Below, in pieces: positions 26,631 through 35,800 of a DNA stretch of 64,000 bases. The notes below the pieces were generated by a model. It did no database searches. It was not told the DNA's origin and worked only from the letters and a program-made list of their open reading frames with translations. Source of the DNA: a virus; IMG/VR virus record IMGVR_UViG_3300036900_000315, positions 2,595 through 66,594 of that record; one strand, written 5' to 3'. Made by a program: the position numbers and the translations under genes. Each line of letters begins with the position of its first letter. The stretch's first letter is position 1.

Positions 26631-27465
26631 TGATGGAGAGATTTTGCAAGTGCCTGAGATGCGGGAATACTTGGACGCCGAGGGTGTCGGGGCGGCCCAA
26701 GCAGTGCCCGAGTTGTCACCAAGCGAAGTGGGACACCCCATCGCAGTGGGTCGGCGCGAGATCCGCAGGCAAGAAGCGGGCTGCGTCTACTTCATCGAGA
26801 CGCACGACCGGGCCTTCGTAAAAATCGGCTTCAGTACGTACATGTATGCGCGATTGAATACCATCAAGTGTAATTGCCCTGGCGCGCGGCTGATCGGATA
26901 TATGCCCGGCACTAGAGCCACAGAGGAATCGCTTCACTTGAAGTTCGCCGCAGTACGTGGTGACGGCGAGTGGTTCACGAACACGGAAGAATTGCGAGCG
27001 TTCATCCAAACGCTTGAACTAACGACTACACTAAACCCACCTAAGTCTAGAGGTCCAAGAACATCCGAAGAGCGCACCGCCATAGCGATAAAAATTAATG
27101 CAAACAGAACGCCGGAAGAGAGAAGAGCCTGTACCGAAAATGCACGTGAAGCCATGGCGGGAAAAAGACGAAATATCGTGAGGCCGAGTGAAGAGGAAAA
27201 GGAAGCAGCCAAAAAGATCCGTGACGCTATCACGCTGGAGAAGCGTAGGGCGAATCAGGCAAAATTTGCTGCGTCTTTGACACCCGAGCAGCGCAGTGCG
27301 ATTTCAAAGAAGGGACATAAAAATAGGGTATGGTCGATCGAGGATAGAGGTAGAGTACGTGACCGGTTCGCCGCGGCGCGCGCAAAAGCTGCCAAATGCA
27401 GGCAAGAAGAAAGAGAAAACTTCAGCCCGCGGCAGATAGATTCCCAATTTAGTACATCCGGCTAA
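26566..27465 (+). CDS. T5orf172/GIY-YIG-like domain protein with basic helical repeats (true start probably downstream)
   Basis: GCVYFIE...VKIGFS...RL...EESLHLKF...GEWF; repeats TSEERTAIA, TPEERRAC, TPEQRSAIS. Confidence 0.75.
   Translation: MMMSMESIGKAGDEREKVYDVDDGEILQVPEMREYLDAEGVGAAQAVPELSPSEVGHPIAVGRREIRRQEAGCVYFIETHDRAFVKIGFSTYMYARLNTIKCNCPGARLIGYMPGTRATEESLHLKFAAVRGDGEWFTNTEELRAFIQTLELTTTLNPPKSRGPRTSEERTAIAIKINANRTPEERRACTENAREAMAGKRRNIVRPSEEEKEAAKKIRDAITLEKRRANQAKFAASLTPEQRSAISKKGHKNRVWSIEDRGRVRDRFAAARAKAAKCRQEERENFSPRQIDSQFSTSG
26621..26821 (+). CDS. Small zinc-ribbon protein
   Basis: CKCLRCGNTWTPR...PKQCPSCHQAKWD. Confidence 0.65.
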   Translation: MMLMMERFCKCLRCGNTWTPRVSGRPKQCPSCHQAKWDTPSQWVGARSAGKKRAASTSSRRTTGPS

Positions 27466-27501
27466 TTGTAAACCCTCTCGACTTCCCGCACAATTGACCG
27501 C

Positions 27502-27744
27502 ATGAAGGAAACATGTTTCGTTTACGTAAAAGAAAATCTGGCGATCAACGTCGACTTGATAGCCGGGTTCACAGTGCAGGAAGGGGGCTCAGTGAAAGTC
27601 CACCTCCTCACCGATAAGTTAGGCGGGGAAGAAATCGATCTCACGGGCGAGGATGCCGTGAGGTTTCTCAAAGTCGCGAAAGATATCAGTATCGGCGCGC
27701 CGCCATCGAAGCCCAGTGGCACGCGCTCACAGATCCTCACGTAG
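27502..27744 (+). CDS. Hypothetical protein
   Basis: 80 aa; globular composition. Confidence 0.6.
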   Translation: MKETCFVYVKENLAINVDLIAGFTVQEGGSVKVHLLTDKLGGEEIDLTGEDAVRFLKVAKDISIGAPPSKPSGTRSQILT

Positions 27745-27909
27745 CGTCGCGAACTTACAGACCACGTCCAAATGAGCAAGTGCGGCGTTCATCGCGGAAT
27801 GGATGACCGCATTGCTTGCTCCGGACGCCGCCAGCAAACGCAGTATTTCGTGGCAGAGCGTCAGGCTCATATCCACTGACTTGCTGAATTCGTCGTCGAC
27901 GTGTTCCAT
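27727..27909 (-). CDS. Hypothetical protein
   Basis: Short helical ORF. Confidence 0.4.
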   Translation of the reverse strand: MEHVDDEFSKSVDMSLTLCHEILRLLAASGASNAVIHSAMNAALAHLDVVCKFATLREDL

Positions 27910-27935
27910 GTGCCAATTATCCCGAAAGGAAAACT

Positions 27936-28145
27936 ATGTCTGCCAAGTTGCTGAAATTCCCAGAGCCCAAAAAGAAGGCCGAGCCGGTCGGTGAGCCGAT
28001 CGAGCTTCCAGGAATCTCCATCAGTTTCGGAGATGAAGTTTACAGTCTCGCCCTTACAGGCGTGATCACTCGCGAGCGCGGGGGACAATCGGCGCGACCT
28101 GCCAAAGAGCCAGGCGCGCCGGTTGATAAATTACCTACGTCGTGA
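27936..28145 (+). CDS. Hypothetical protein
   Basis: AAGGA upstream. Confidence 0.5.
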   Translation: MSAKLLKFPEPKKKAEPVGEPIELPGISISFGDEVYSLALTGVITRERGGQSARPAKEPGAPVDKLPTS

Positions 28146-28482
28146 CTGCAGGAAACAGAATGTGATGGCGCGCTTCGTCACGCTGTCCGAGAACCACCCA
28201 CACCGCGTGTTTCAGCGCCTTGACCTGGTCGCTATCTCCAGGCTCAGGCCGGATGTCCACTCCAGCAGGAGGCCACGTATCGGCCTTCGGTCCCAGGTTC
28301 AACCGCTCGCAGAGCGAATAAGCCTCAGCGCGGGCGCCAGGCATGCGTTCGAAGAACGAAGCAATCTTGAAGTTGGGCGAGATCTCCGAACCAGGCTCGT
28401 ACACGTTGTACCACTCATCGCCCTCCGGACCGTGAACCGGTTCGTTCACTCGGTAGCGGGCTGTGATCTTCGGATCGTTCAC
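28135..28482 (-). CDS. Hypothetical protein
   Basis: GTGA overlap; GGAGG upstream. Confidence 0.6.
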   Translation of the reverse strand: MNDPKITARYRVNEPVHGPEGDEWYNVYEPGSEISPNFKIASFFERMPGARAEAYSLCERLNLGPKADTWPPAGVDIRPEPGDSDQVKALKHAVWVVLGQRDEARHHILFPAVTT

Positions 28483-28862
28483 GCTATTACCTCCAAAGAT
28501 CGATCGGAACTCGCGGCGATCGCGCTGCGCGTCGGGTTATCCGCGACGATACAGCCCTCTGAGGCCTTGCCTGGGTGAGCGATCGAGTCCGGATGAATAA
28601 AGAAGCCGTCGCGCCCGTGCATCACGTTCTTGGGGTCCGGTGTGAGCCGCATGGCGACCGGTCCGAGGCGAGGTTCCGTGTGCGCCGGGCCGATCGTATA
28701 GAAGCCTCGAGGGAGCGGTCCGACGCAGGACTCAAACTGGCGATCCGGGTTGTTCTTGGCCGAGGCGTCGAAGTGCGGCGGAATGTTGCCGCCCGCGTAG
28801 CCGGTGCCGACGAGCTGCCCGTCGTGGGACATGCGTCCGGTGGATTGCTGATATTGCCACAT
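28479..28862 (-). CDS. Tlde1/DUF2778-like L,D-transpeptidase-fold protein, putative endolysin
   Basis: WQYQQSTG...GYAG...NNP...GPLPRGFYTI...GRDGFFIHPDS...ASEGCI. Confidence 0.85.
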   Translation of the reverse strand: MWQYQQSTGRMSHDGQLVGTGYAGGNIPPHFDASAKNNPDRQFESCVGPLPRGFYTIGPAHTEPRLGPVAMRLTPDPKNVMHGRDGFFIHPDSIAHPGKASEGCIVADNPTRSAIAASSDRSLEVIA

Positions 28863-28886
28863 GGATTGTTTTCCTTTTCCGTTGCC

Positions 28887-29633
28887 CTAAAACAGCCGCG
28901 CCGCGCCCATGATGCCGACCTTGGCGAAGTCCTCCACGTGGTTCCACCAGCGCTTCGGTTTCGTTAACTCGGTCACCTCGCGGTCTACGCTCTTTGATAT
29001 GCTGGCCGCGCTTCCCTCGATTTTCACTGCACTGTCTGCCATCTGTGGAGCTGCCTTCGCAATCTCCTTCGTCATCAGGTCGATCGACCGCGAGATCCCC
29101 TGGATATGGTTGAACAGGCAATTTCCTGAATCGCAGTCGAGATACAGCGGCGCAGCATCGTTGAGCTGAGCAGCCAAAGAAGCTGCCGGCGTCGTGACCT
29201 GGTGAACGTCCGCTGCGATCCCACCAAGCGCCTGAGATACTGATCCTGTTAAAACTGGCAGCGCGGAGGATGCGGCACGGGAAATTGTGGCGATCGACTC
29301 GATCGACTGGTTTGCATCCCCGAGCTGCTGGGCTGCTACCGCCTGAATTCCTGCCAGTCGCTTGTCTGCGACCCGTACGGCGCCGTTGACCGTGGCTTCG
29401 ATCCGCGTCATGTGTTGGTCCACGAGGCCCAAAGTTTGCGTCTGAATTGCAGCCAGTCGGCTGTCCACGATTCCCGGTACCGCCGCGGCCATCTGTGCGA
29501 TCGCGTTTTCGTTTGCCACCGTTGCCGCGGTGATGGCCCGTGCGTGAAAGATCGTCTCGACCACGAGCCATGCGCCCACCGCGAGGAATACAGAGGCAGA
29601 CGCGTACAGGATGCCGCGAAGGATCTGAATCAT
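28887..29633 (-). CDS. Membrane-anchored long helical protein, putative spanin-like
   Basis: N-terminal TM, extended heptads, CDSGNC pair, amphipathic C-terminus; in lysis cluster. Confidence 0.55.
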   Translation of the reverse strand: MIQILRGILYASASVFLAVGAWLVVETIFHARAITAATVANENAIAQMAAAVPGIVDSRLAAIQTQTLGLVDQHMTRIEATVNGAVRVADKRLAGIQAVAAQQLGDANQSIESIATISRAASSALPVLTGSVSQALGGIAADVHQVTTPAASLAAQLNDAAPLYLDCDSGNCLFNHIQGISRSIDLMTKEIAKAAPQMADSAVKIEGSAASISKSVDREVTELTKPKRWWNHVEDFAKVGIMGAARLF

Positions 29634-30070
29634 GCGGCTTTCTTTATGGCGCTTACTGAGGGCCGGAAAATAACCAGTGCGCTTGGGAATGGAGCGGAGT
29701 TCTTATGGCCGCCGAACTTCAGACGACCACGCAGGAATCGAACCTCGCCCTTGATTGCATAGTCGTGCCACCAAGCCGTATCTGTCCGAGCGGGAACGAG
29801 GCAGACGACAGTGGCACCTTGCAATGCCGACTCGTGCGCCTTTCGCATCCATAGGCCGATGGTTCGTCCGTAGGGAGGGTTCATCCAACAGACGCCGCGC
29901 CACGGCTGCGATAGGCCATCCTGCGCCTCGGTAAAGTATCGAAGGCATTTGGCGTTTTCGCCAGTGGCGCAAACATCCAACCTGAAGACAAACTCCTGCC
30001 GCAACCCGTCGAAAAACTCCTGGGGAGTCGCCCACATATCGGTCGCGGAACTGAAATGCACGTTCATCAA
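29630..30070 (-). CDS. Phage DNA N6-adenine methyltransferase (phage Dam type)
   Basis: WATPQEFF, LDVCA, WMNPPYG, LVPARTDTAWW, RGRLKFGG, SAPFPS. Confidence 0.93.
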   Translation of the reverse strand: MMNVHFSSATDMWATPQEFFDGLRQEFVFRLDVCATGENAKCLRYFTEAQDGLSQPWRGVCWMNPPYGRTIGLWMRKAHESALQGATVVCLVPARTDTAWWHDYAIKGEVRFLRGRLKFGGHKNSAPFPSALVIFRPSVSAIKKAA

Positions 30071-30315
30071 GCCCCTGTTTCCGTCTTCGTGATCTGCACA
30101 CCCGGCGTCTGCACTGAGGAGTCGGCAGTTTTGTGCATGCTGTACCCGCCGATTCCGCCAGCGAGTCCCGTAACTGCTGAGCAGAGAGCAGTGGTGATGA
30201 CGCCACTTTCCGACGCCTTGCCAGACCAGACGAGCACACCCACGGTTGCGGTGACGAAGATCAAGGCCAGGAGCATGGAGAGCGTGGCGAAATTCTTATC
30301 CAAGAGGGTGAGCAT
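30067..30315 (-). CDS. Putative holin (2 TM)
   Basis: Two hydrophobic helices; 82 aa; lysis context. Confidence 0.6.
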   Translation of the reverse strand: MLTLLDKNFATLSMLLALIFVTATVGVLVWSGKASESGVITTALCSAVTGLAGGIGGYSMHKTADSSVQTPGVQITKTETGA

Positions 30316-30954
30316 TTATTCCTTTTGGGCCAATACCCCAGCCCGGTAGCTCGTCACGTGGTGCGAGAGCAGAGCGTCCCACCTCGAGCCAGGCCCGTAA
30401 ACCTGGACTTCTGTCCCGCCGTGCCGAAAGAGCGGGGGGAGCGGAACGTCTGGCACGATGTCGAATTGGTTGCAGACGCGGATTGTTCCCTTGAGCGTCT
30501 TCGCAAAAAGCGAATCCCCCACCCGCGGCCCGCCGAACGTCATGAGCTGCCCGCCGCCGTCCGCATAGCAGAGGCTTGCGATCGCGGCGCCCAAAGAATG
30601 CCCGGTGATGATGGCATCCGGGGAGACTGTCACGCTGCCCCGTATTGCCTCATAGATCGAGTGGAAGCCGTAGTGGGCGTGCGGTCGAAGCGGTAGCGGG
30701 AGGAAATCTGCGACCCATTCCGGAAAGTCACGGGTGCCACGAAACACGATGTACTGCTGGGTATCCTTCCAGGTGCTGAATCCCCATATCGGCATGGCGT
30801 CGTGCTCCAGCAGCTCCGGGATAACGCCTGCAATTCGGATTGGGACGGCAGGAGAGAAGCCGTCAGGGAGTGTGAAGGGTAGCCCCAGCGCGAGTTCGTA
30901 GGCCGCGGCGATGAGGTCGAGCAGGAGTAGCGCGGAGGACTTCGAGTAGATCAT
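30316..30954 (-). CDS. Class 3 lipase (alpha/beta hydrolase)
   Basis: VFRGT, HYGF, ITGHSLGAA, TFGGPRVGD, DIVPDVP, SHH. Confidence 0.92.
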   Translation of the reverse strand: MIYSKSSALLLLDLIAAAYELALGLPFTLPDGFSPAVPIRIAGVIPELLEHDAMPIWGFSTWKDTQQYIVFRGTRDFPEWVADFLPLPLRPHAHYGFHSIYEAIRGSVTVSPDAIITGHSLGAAIASLCYADGGGQLMTFGGPRVGDSLFAKTLKGTIRVCNQFDIVPDVPLPPLFRHGGTEVQVYGPGSRWDALLSHHVTSYRAGVLAQKE

Positions 30955-30987
30955 GTGCGACGTGGTTTTAGTGTTCGTCAGGAATCG

Positions 30988-31281
30988 TCAGAGTTGGATG
31001 CCCAAAGACTCTCCGGCCGCCCAAAGGAGTTCGGTAACGCCTCCGTTAATCAAATCCAGAGATTGAGGGGAGGCGCTCCTTCTCAGTTCAGCGAGATGCT
31101 GTAGTCTTTCCTCGATCTGTTGCCTGGTTTTGACCTGCAGGGGGCCATCTGACGGCGTCGCCTTTTCAAGAGCGTTGGCAACCCGTTGATTGATGGCCAC
31201 GAGGACAGGTTCGGCTTCACGGACCTGTGATGGGTCAATGTAACCGGTTTTTATTAAATCTACAGTTTGTTTGATTGTCAT
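30988..31281 (-). CDS. Hypothetical protein
   Basis: 97-aa ORF in the insert. Confidence 0.65.
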   Translation of the reverse strand: MTIKQTVDLIKTGYIDPSQVREAEPVLVAINQRVANALEKATPSDGPLQVKTRQQIEERLQHLAELRRSASPQSLDLINGGVTELLWAAGESLGIQL

Positions 31282-31313
31282 GATTGTTTACTCTCTGACG
31301 GTTAAAATTCGGA

Positions 31314-31691
31314 CTACACGCTGCGGTTCGCTACGATCTGCTTATAGACTTCAAGAGTTCGATCCATTAGTGATCCAGCGGCCTGCATAAATTCGCGTTC
31401 CGCCTCGCGACGCTCCACCGTGGCGAAGCCGCCCTGCCAAGTGACGCGGAACAAGGGAGACAAGTCCTCCCGCGACCCATCCATGTCGGCATAAGGGTAA
31501 GACCCGTGATCGGGATCGGGAAAGCGCTCCCAGTCCGGCTGACCCATTAGAATCGCCTGCATGATGGCCCACTTGATGGCATCAGTGCCCGCTTGGAACA
31601 CACACGACCCGGAGGCTCCATTGGCATCGCTCCATTCGGCCACGTAGATGATGGGCCGATTCCATTTCGAGAACTCCAAGTGGGTAGTCAT
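31314..31691 (-). CDS. Hypothetical protein
   Basis: Start reassigned to MTTHLEF; the upstream extension consists of duplicated fragments. Confidence 0.65.
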   Translation of the reverse strand: MTTHLEFSKWNRPIIYVAEWSDANGASGSCVFQAGTDAIKWAIMQAILMGQPDWERFPDPDHGSYPYADMDGSREDLSPLFRVTWQGGFATVERREAEREFMQAAGSLMDRTLEVYKQIVANRSV

Positions 31692-31789
31692 TGTCAGAAG
31701 CTTTTGCCGAAACCGAACGGCGATGAGATCGAGCAGGAGTAGCGCGGAGGCCTTGGAGTAGGTCATTATAAAAGTTGCAATCGTAATCC

Positions 31790-32020
31790 CAACCCCACAG
31801 ACGGGGGTGTCGGTGCGCAGGCGCAGTAAAGGAATCGGGGAATCCGACGGGCATAGTCAGTACCTATCCGGTTGTGAGTGCCTGGATAGGGAATCGAAGC
31901 CGCGATAACGTCAAGGCGGGAGGCTCTAAGGAACTCAACGGGTCCCGTGAACGAAGCCAGGCGGTCGGCATCCCACCATAGAGCGAAGGGCCATCTGCAA
32001 GTATTGGGGTGGCCCTTTTT
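31790..32020 (+). ncRNA. Candidate structured ncRNA, antisense to the late operon
   Basis: Hairpin 31863-31890, rod-like stem 31889-31974, then a terminator; G-U pairs fit + strand. Confidence 0.45.
31988..32020 (+). terminator. Intrinsic terminator
   Basis: GGGCCATCT...GGGTGGCCC followed by TTTTT. Confidence 0.7.
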
Positions 32021-32041
32021 GATCAGAATCGTCAGGTATCG

Positions 32042-32542
32042 TCAGAAACTCTTGCCGAAACCGAAAAATAATCCCGGCGTTATCTGATTCGGCACAGCGG
32101 GGGTTGCCTGCGTCGCCGCAGTGATGCGAAGTTCACCCACCAGATAGATGCCGGCCAACTTTGGTTTCAAGCCCTTGAGGTCGTAAAGCATAATGGCGCC
32201 GCCCGAGAAGGAGCCGATAGTAGGGGTGGCAGCCGCTACTCCAGCATCGACCCGGCCGCCAAGGGAGAAATTCCCGGATCTCGAGAATAGCTTCATGAAC
32301 CCGGTCCGGATCGTGGACACGTTGGACAGCATGTCGATGGTGGTGATCGAGTAGTTTCCGCCGCCCAGGCCAACCGCCGCGGACACCCAGCCCTCCGCCA
32401 CGTTAGGAGTGCCATTGTTGCGCGTGTATCCCCCGCCTGTTGCGACGAAGTAGCTGGGATAGGGTTCAGGGCTCGGTGCAGGCGTGACTGTCTGGGCCGA
32501 GGCGACGAAAGCGAACAGCAAGAGGGCGAGGGCGTGTTTCAT
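32042..32542 (-). CDS. Small outer-membrane beta-barrel protein
   Basis: Signal MKHALALLLFAFVASA|Q; alternating beta strands; C-terminal FGFGKSF. Confidence 0.75.
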   Translation of the reverse strand: MKHALALLLFAFVASAQTVTPAPSPEPYPSYFVATGGGYTRNNGTPNVAEGWVSAAVGLGGGNYSITTIDMLSNVSTIRTGFMKLFSRSGNFSLGGRVDAGVAAATPTIGSFSGGAIMLYDLKGLKPKLAGIYLVGELRITAATQATPAVPNQITPGLFFGFGKSF

Positions 32543-32551
32543 TGGAGGGAG

Positions 32552-32863
32552 TTACCTTTTGGCGGGTGCCGCCGGCTTCGCTTCTTCCGGCTTTGGTTCC
32601 GGATCGACCACCCAGCGCAGAGTCTGGGGGTCCAGGTGGATCTTCAGGGTGGGGTGGGCCGCCTTGACTGCCTTCTCATACTCGATAATCTGGGTGCCCA
32701 GAAGGTTCGCCTGTGTGGTGAGGAGATCGCGCCTTGCTTGCAGGGTTTCGACCTTCGAGGCTTCTAGTTCCGTCATGCCGTCCTGTTGAGGTGGCGCTGG
32801 TTTGGGAGCTTCGGCTGCGAGGCAGAGGCCCACTGAAACAATTGCAAAAATTATAGCTTTCAT
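32552..32863 (-). CDS. Secreted coiled-coil protein in the fibre-chaperone position
   Basis: MKAIIFAIVSVGLCLA|AE signal; short coiled coil. Confidence 0.7.
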   Translation of the reverse strand: MKAIIFAIVSVGLCLAAEAPKPAPPQQDGMTELEASKVETLQARRDLLTTQANLLGTQIIEYEKAVKAAHPTLKIHLDPQTLRWVVDPEPKPEEAKPAAPAKR

Positions 32864-32897
32864 AAATGTTTTCTTTGGTTGCGTTTTTTTTAACGAC

Positions 32898-35800
32898 CTA
32901 GCAGCCGGACGATCCGTAGAAGATTCCAGCCGCGAAGTCCATCGTGCAGGTGCCAGTATTGGCGAAGTTTCGCACGCCAAGGGTGCCGGTGAATCCAGCG
33001 TGGCCACCAGCAGAGATACCCGAAGACCCCATGATGATTCCAGAATTGAAAGTCACGGCCTGCTGGAACGTCGAGAACGACGCCGAGGTGAAGTTGATGT
33101 TGCCGGATGCGTCGATCTGGATGCGGTCAGTATTACTGGTGCGGATGCCGAGCGATATGGCGTTAAACGATCCAAAGAAAGCACCGCCGCCGCTGCCGCC
33201 TGTCATCCCCATGTAGGCTTTGTTGCCAAAGTCATTCTTGACGACGAAATAGACGTTTCCGCCAATGACACCGGTTTGCCCTAGCAATTCAAGTTTGTTT
33301 CCTGCGTCGATGTCAGTGTTTTGGTTACCGGCAAATACGACCCCACCGAAGGCGCCGCCGCCGTTTGGCACGTTGAGCGAATTCTGAAGGGTACCGCTTA
33401 CAGTGCTATACAGTGAAGCAATACCTCCGCCTGTCACGTCCAGCGCATTAAAGGAATTGGTTGATGTGATTGCTCCGGTTAAAGTCGTAAAGCCGCCGCT
33501 AGGCAGGTTTAGAGCGGTTCCTGATGAACTGGCCGAATGAAATCCGTCACCCGATTGAACCCATCCTGCGGTCGCTGTGATGCTGGCCTGTGACGCGGTG
33601 CCGTCGATCAGAATATTTCCAATCGGCGTGAACCTTATGAACTTGGCGTTGCCAGAGCTGCACGATGGTGGGTTGGGGCACTGATTCGTGATGATGTTGA
33701 ACTGCCCGTTCACATCGTTCCACATGCGGGTGATCATCGGCGTAGAAGGGAGTCCGCTGACGATCGGCCCAGAAACAATATCAATGAACTGTGAGTTTGT
33801 GGCATAGGCCGCGCCCGTGCAAGACCCCAGTACCGTGGTGCAGGCCGAGCCCGAGTAGCCCACGTTTCCATGGCCGATATGCAAACCGACGATAGCAGCA
33901 CCATCATTGGTGATGTACCCGTAATCCCAATAGTTCGCCGCACTACCAGTGAGGTTGATGTTCACGGCCTGGGTGGTGAGATTGGTATGGGTGATACCCA
34001 GGTACGCGACGCCCATATTGAGGCTAGACACACTAGATCCGGTGTTGCCCACCTGCTGATCGAATTCCGCGCCGACAACCGAGCCTGCATGGTTGTGCGA
34101 ATAGTCAAACACGCTCGTAGCCAAGGACCGATCAACGTCCGAGACAAAAATATTAACGCCCCAGGCCTGCGCGTTGGTTGCATTCACGAGGCCGTAGAAC
34201 GCGCCCCCGTTGCATCCCACGTGGTGGCCGCCGCCGAAGCCGAAGGTAAAGGCTGCGTTACTGACGCACATGCCAGTGACACCGTTGCTCTCCCAGTTAG
34301 CATCCGAGGAAGATGAAACCGCGCCGCCGACGATACCCGACTCGCGCCGCAATGTTTCGTAGGCGTAGGGGTGGAAGTATTCTAAGACCGCCGTCTGGCT
34401 GGTGGCGCCTGCGCCCAATAGGCCAATGACGGGAGAGTAGTCGTGAACGTCATCGAACGCGCCCGCGCTGTTGGCCTCCAGGGGGATGCTGCCGGTAAAG
34501 GATGTCGACCCGAGTAGTAGGGGAGCCGTCGCTGCGGGGCACAGCGAAGACCGAATGAAGCCGCTACCGTCCAAGCACAGAAGAGAACCCGATCCGCTGA
34601 GTGCGCCGAGCCCTGTGGCATTGACTGTGCCGCCGATCCCCATTGGTGCGGCGAAGCTAACCGTGCTCGCTGCGTTGCTTTGTACGAAGTTGCTGACGTT
34701 GCCCATGTTGATGCAGGGCAGCAGCGTTGTGCAGCCAGTCCCGCTCGTGGTGGTCGCTACGAACTGATTTGCGCCGGTGACGCTGGAACCTCCCCAGAAG
34801 CCGATGCCGGTGTGGTTATTGGATGCATCGATGGCCTTAAGCGGGCTGGAGCCGTTGACGCCGATGAAAACCGTATTGAAGAACGTGTTTCGCAGGTTGT
34901 CCACTGCTAGCCCGGCTGTTGAGTTTGCTACGGCCCCGGTGCCGATGGATAAGGAATTCACCCGGCTATTGCGGGCCGAATCCAAGGTCAACGTGCTGGT
35001 ACCCGTGTCGGTGATGCTGTTCAGATAGGAGTTACGTACGTTGTCAATCGCAAGATTACCGGTGATGTTCAGCGAATGGAACCAAGAGTCCTGCGTTTCA
35101 TCGATCAGCGGCGTTGCGCCCCAGTAGAGGCCGCCAGTCGTCGTGCCGTTGCCCAAATACGTGCGCCCATTCGAGGAGAGGCTCAGGATCAGGTTGCTCG
35201 TCGTGGTGGGGGTTGCGCCAGAGTAAAAACGCGACAAAACGATGCCGGTTCCCAACTCGATCTGATTGCGAAATGTCGCCACCGCCGTGCTGCCGTGCTG
35301 CGAAATTCCCAGGTTGTAGCCGGCGGAGGTCACGCCCGAGGTCGTGGTGGAGTTTCCGCCGTACTCGACCGAACTGCTATTGATGTCCTTTGAGAACTGC
35401 GCCAGGGGCCCGGTCAGGTCGTTGTCGAAAACCCGGTTGACGTCCGCGGTGACGAATGCGCCGTATTGCGCGTCCTCGATCGCTGCGTTTATTCCGCCGC
35501 TGCCTGAATACGTGATCTTGTTTTTGGTGACTGTGACGGCGTTGGCCTGCTGGTTGCTTCCGGTGCCTATCGTCCCTAGCGTGATCGGCGCGCAGAAATT
35601 ATGATCGGAAGTTCCGTTGCTATTGCCGGGGATCGTGAGGGTGTTTCCCGAGACCAGAGAATTGCGGGCGCCATACATTTTGATGCTACAGCCGAGGCCA
35701 TAGAACGAGTTATCTGTGATGCTGAGATTGTTTTCGGCCTGCGTGTTTCCGTTGCTGTTGCCCGCGTTGTAGCCGTAGTTCCAATTCTGCCCGGCACTCG

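Larger units (their letters stand above)
30906..31766. repeat. 49-bp copy of the lipase 5' end (31718-31766 vs 30906-30954)
   Basis: 45/49 identical; MTYSKASALLLLDLIA vs MIYSKSSALLLLDLIA. Confidence 0.9.
31693..32065. repeat. 25-bp copy of the OMP 3' end (31693-31717 vs 32041-32065)
   Basis: 23/25 identical; both encode FGFGKSF-stop; changes are synonymous. Confidence 0.9.

Noticed and set aside
29729-29750. GGTTCGATTCC T-loop-like motif on - strand
   Set aside because: Lies inside the Dam coding sequence; no cloverleaf
31692-31766. N-terminal extension MTYSKASALLLLDLIA of ORF 31314-31766
   Set aside because: Built from duplicated lipase and OMP fragments; real start is probably 31691
31889-31985. 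6S RNA, tmRNA or tRNA (GGCATCCCACCA; GGCTTCGATTCCC on - strand)
   Set aside because: Only partial resemblance; no closing stem or central bubble, tag ORF or cloverleaf
30975-32046. Hammerhead ribozyme suggested by CTGACGA motifs on - strand
   Set aside because: No stem II followed by GAAA; treated as a boundary repeat
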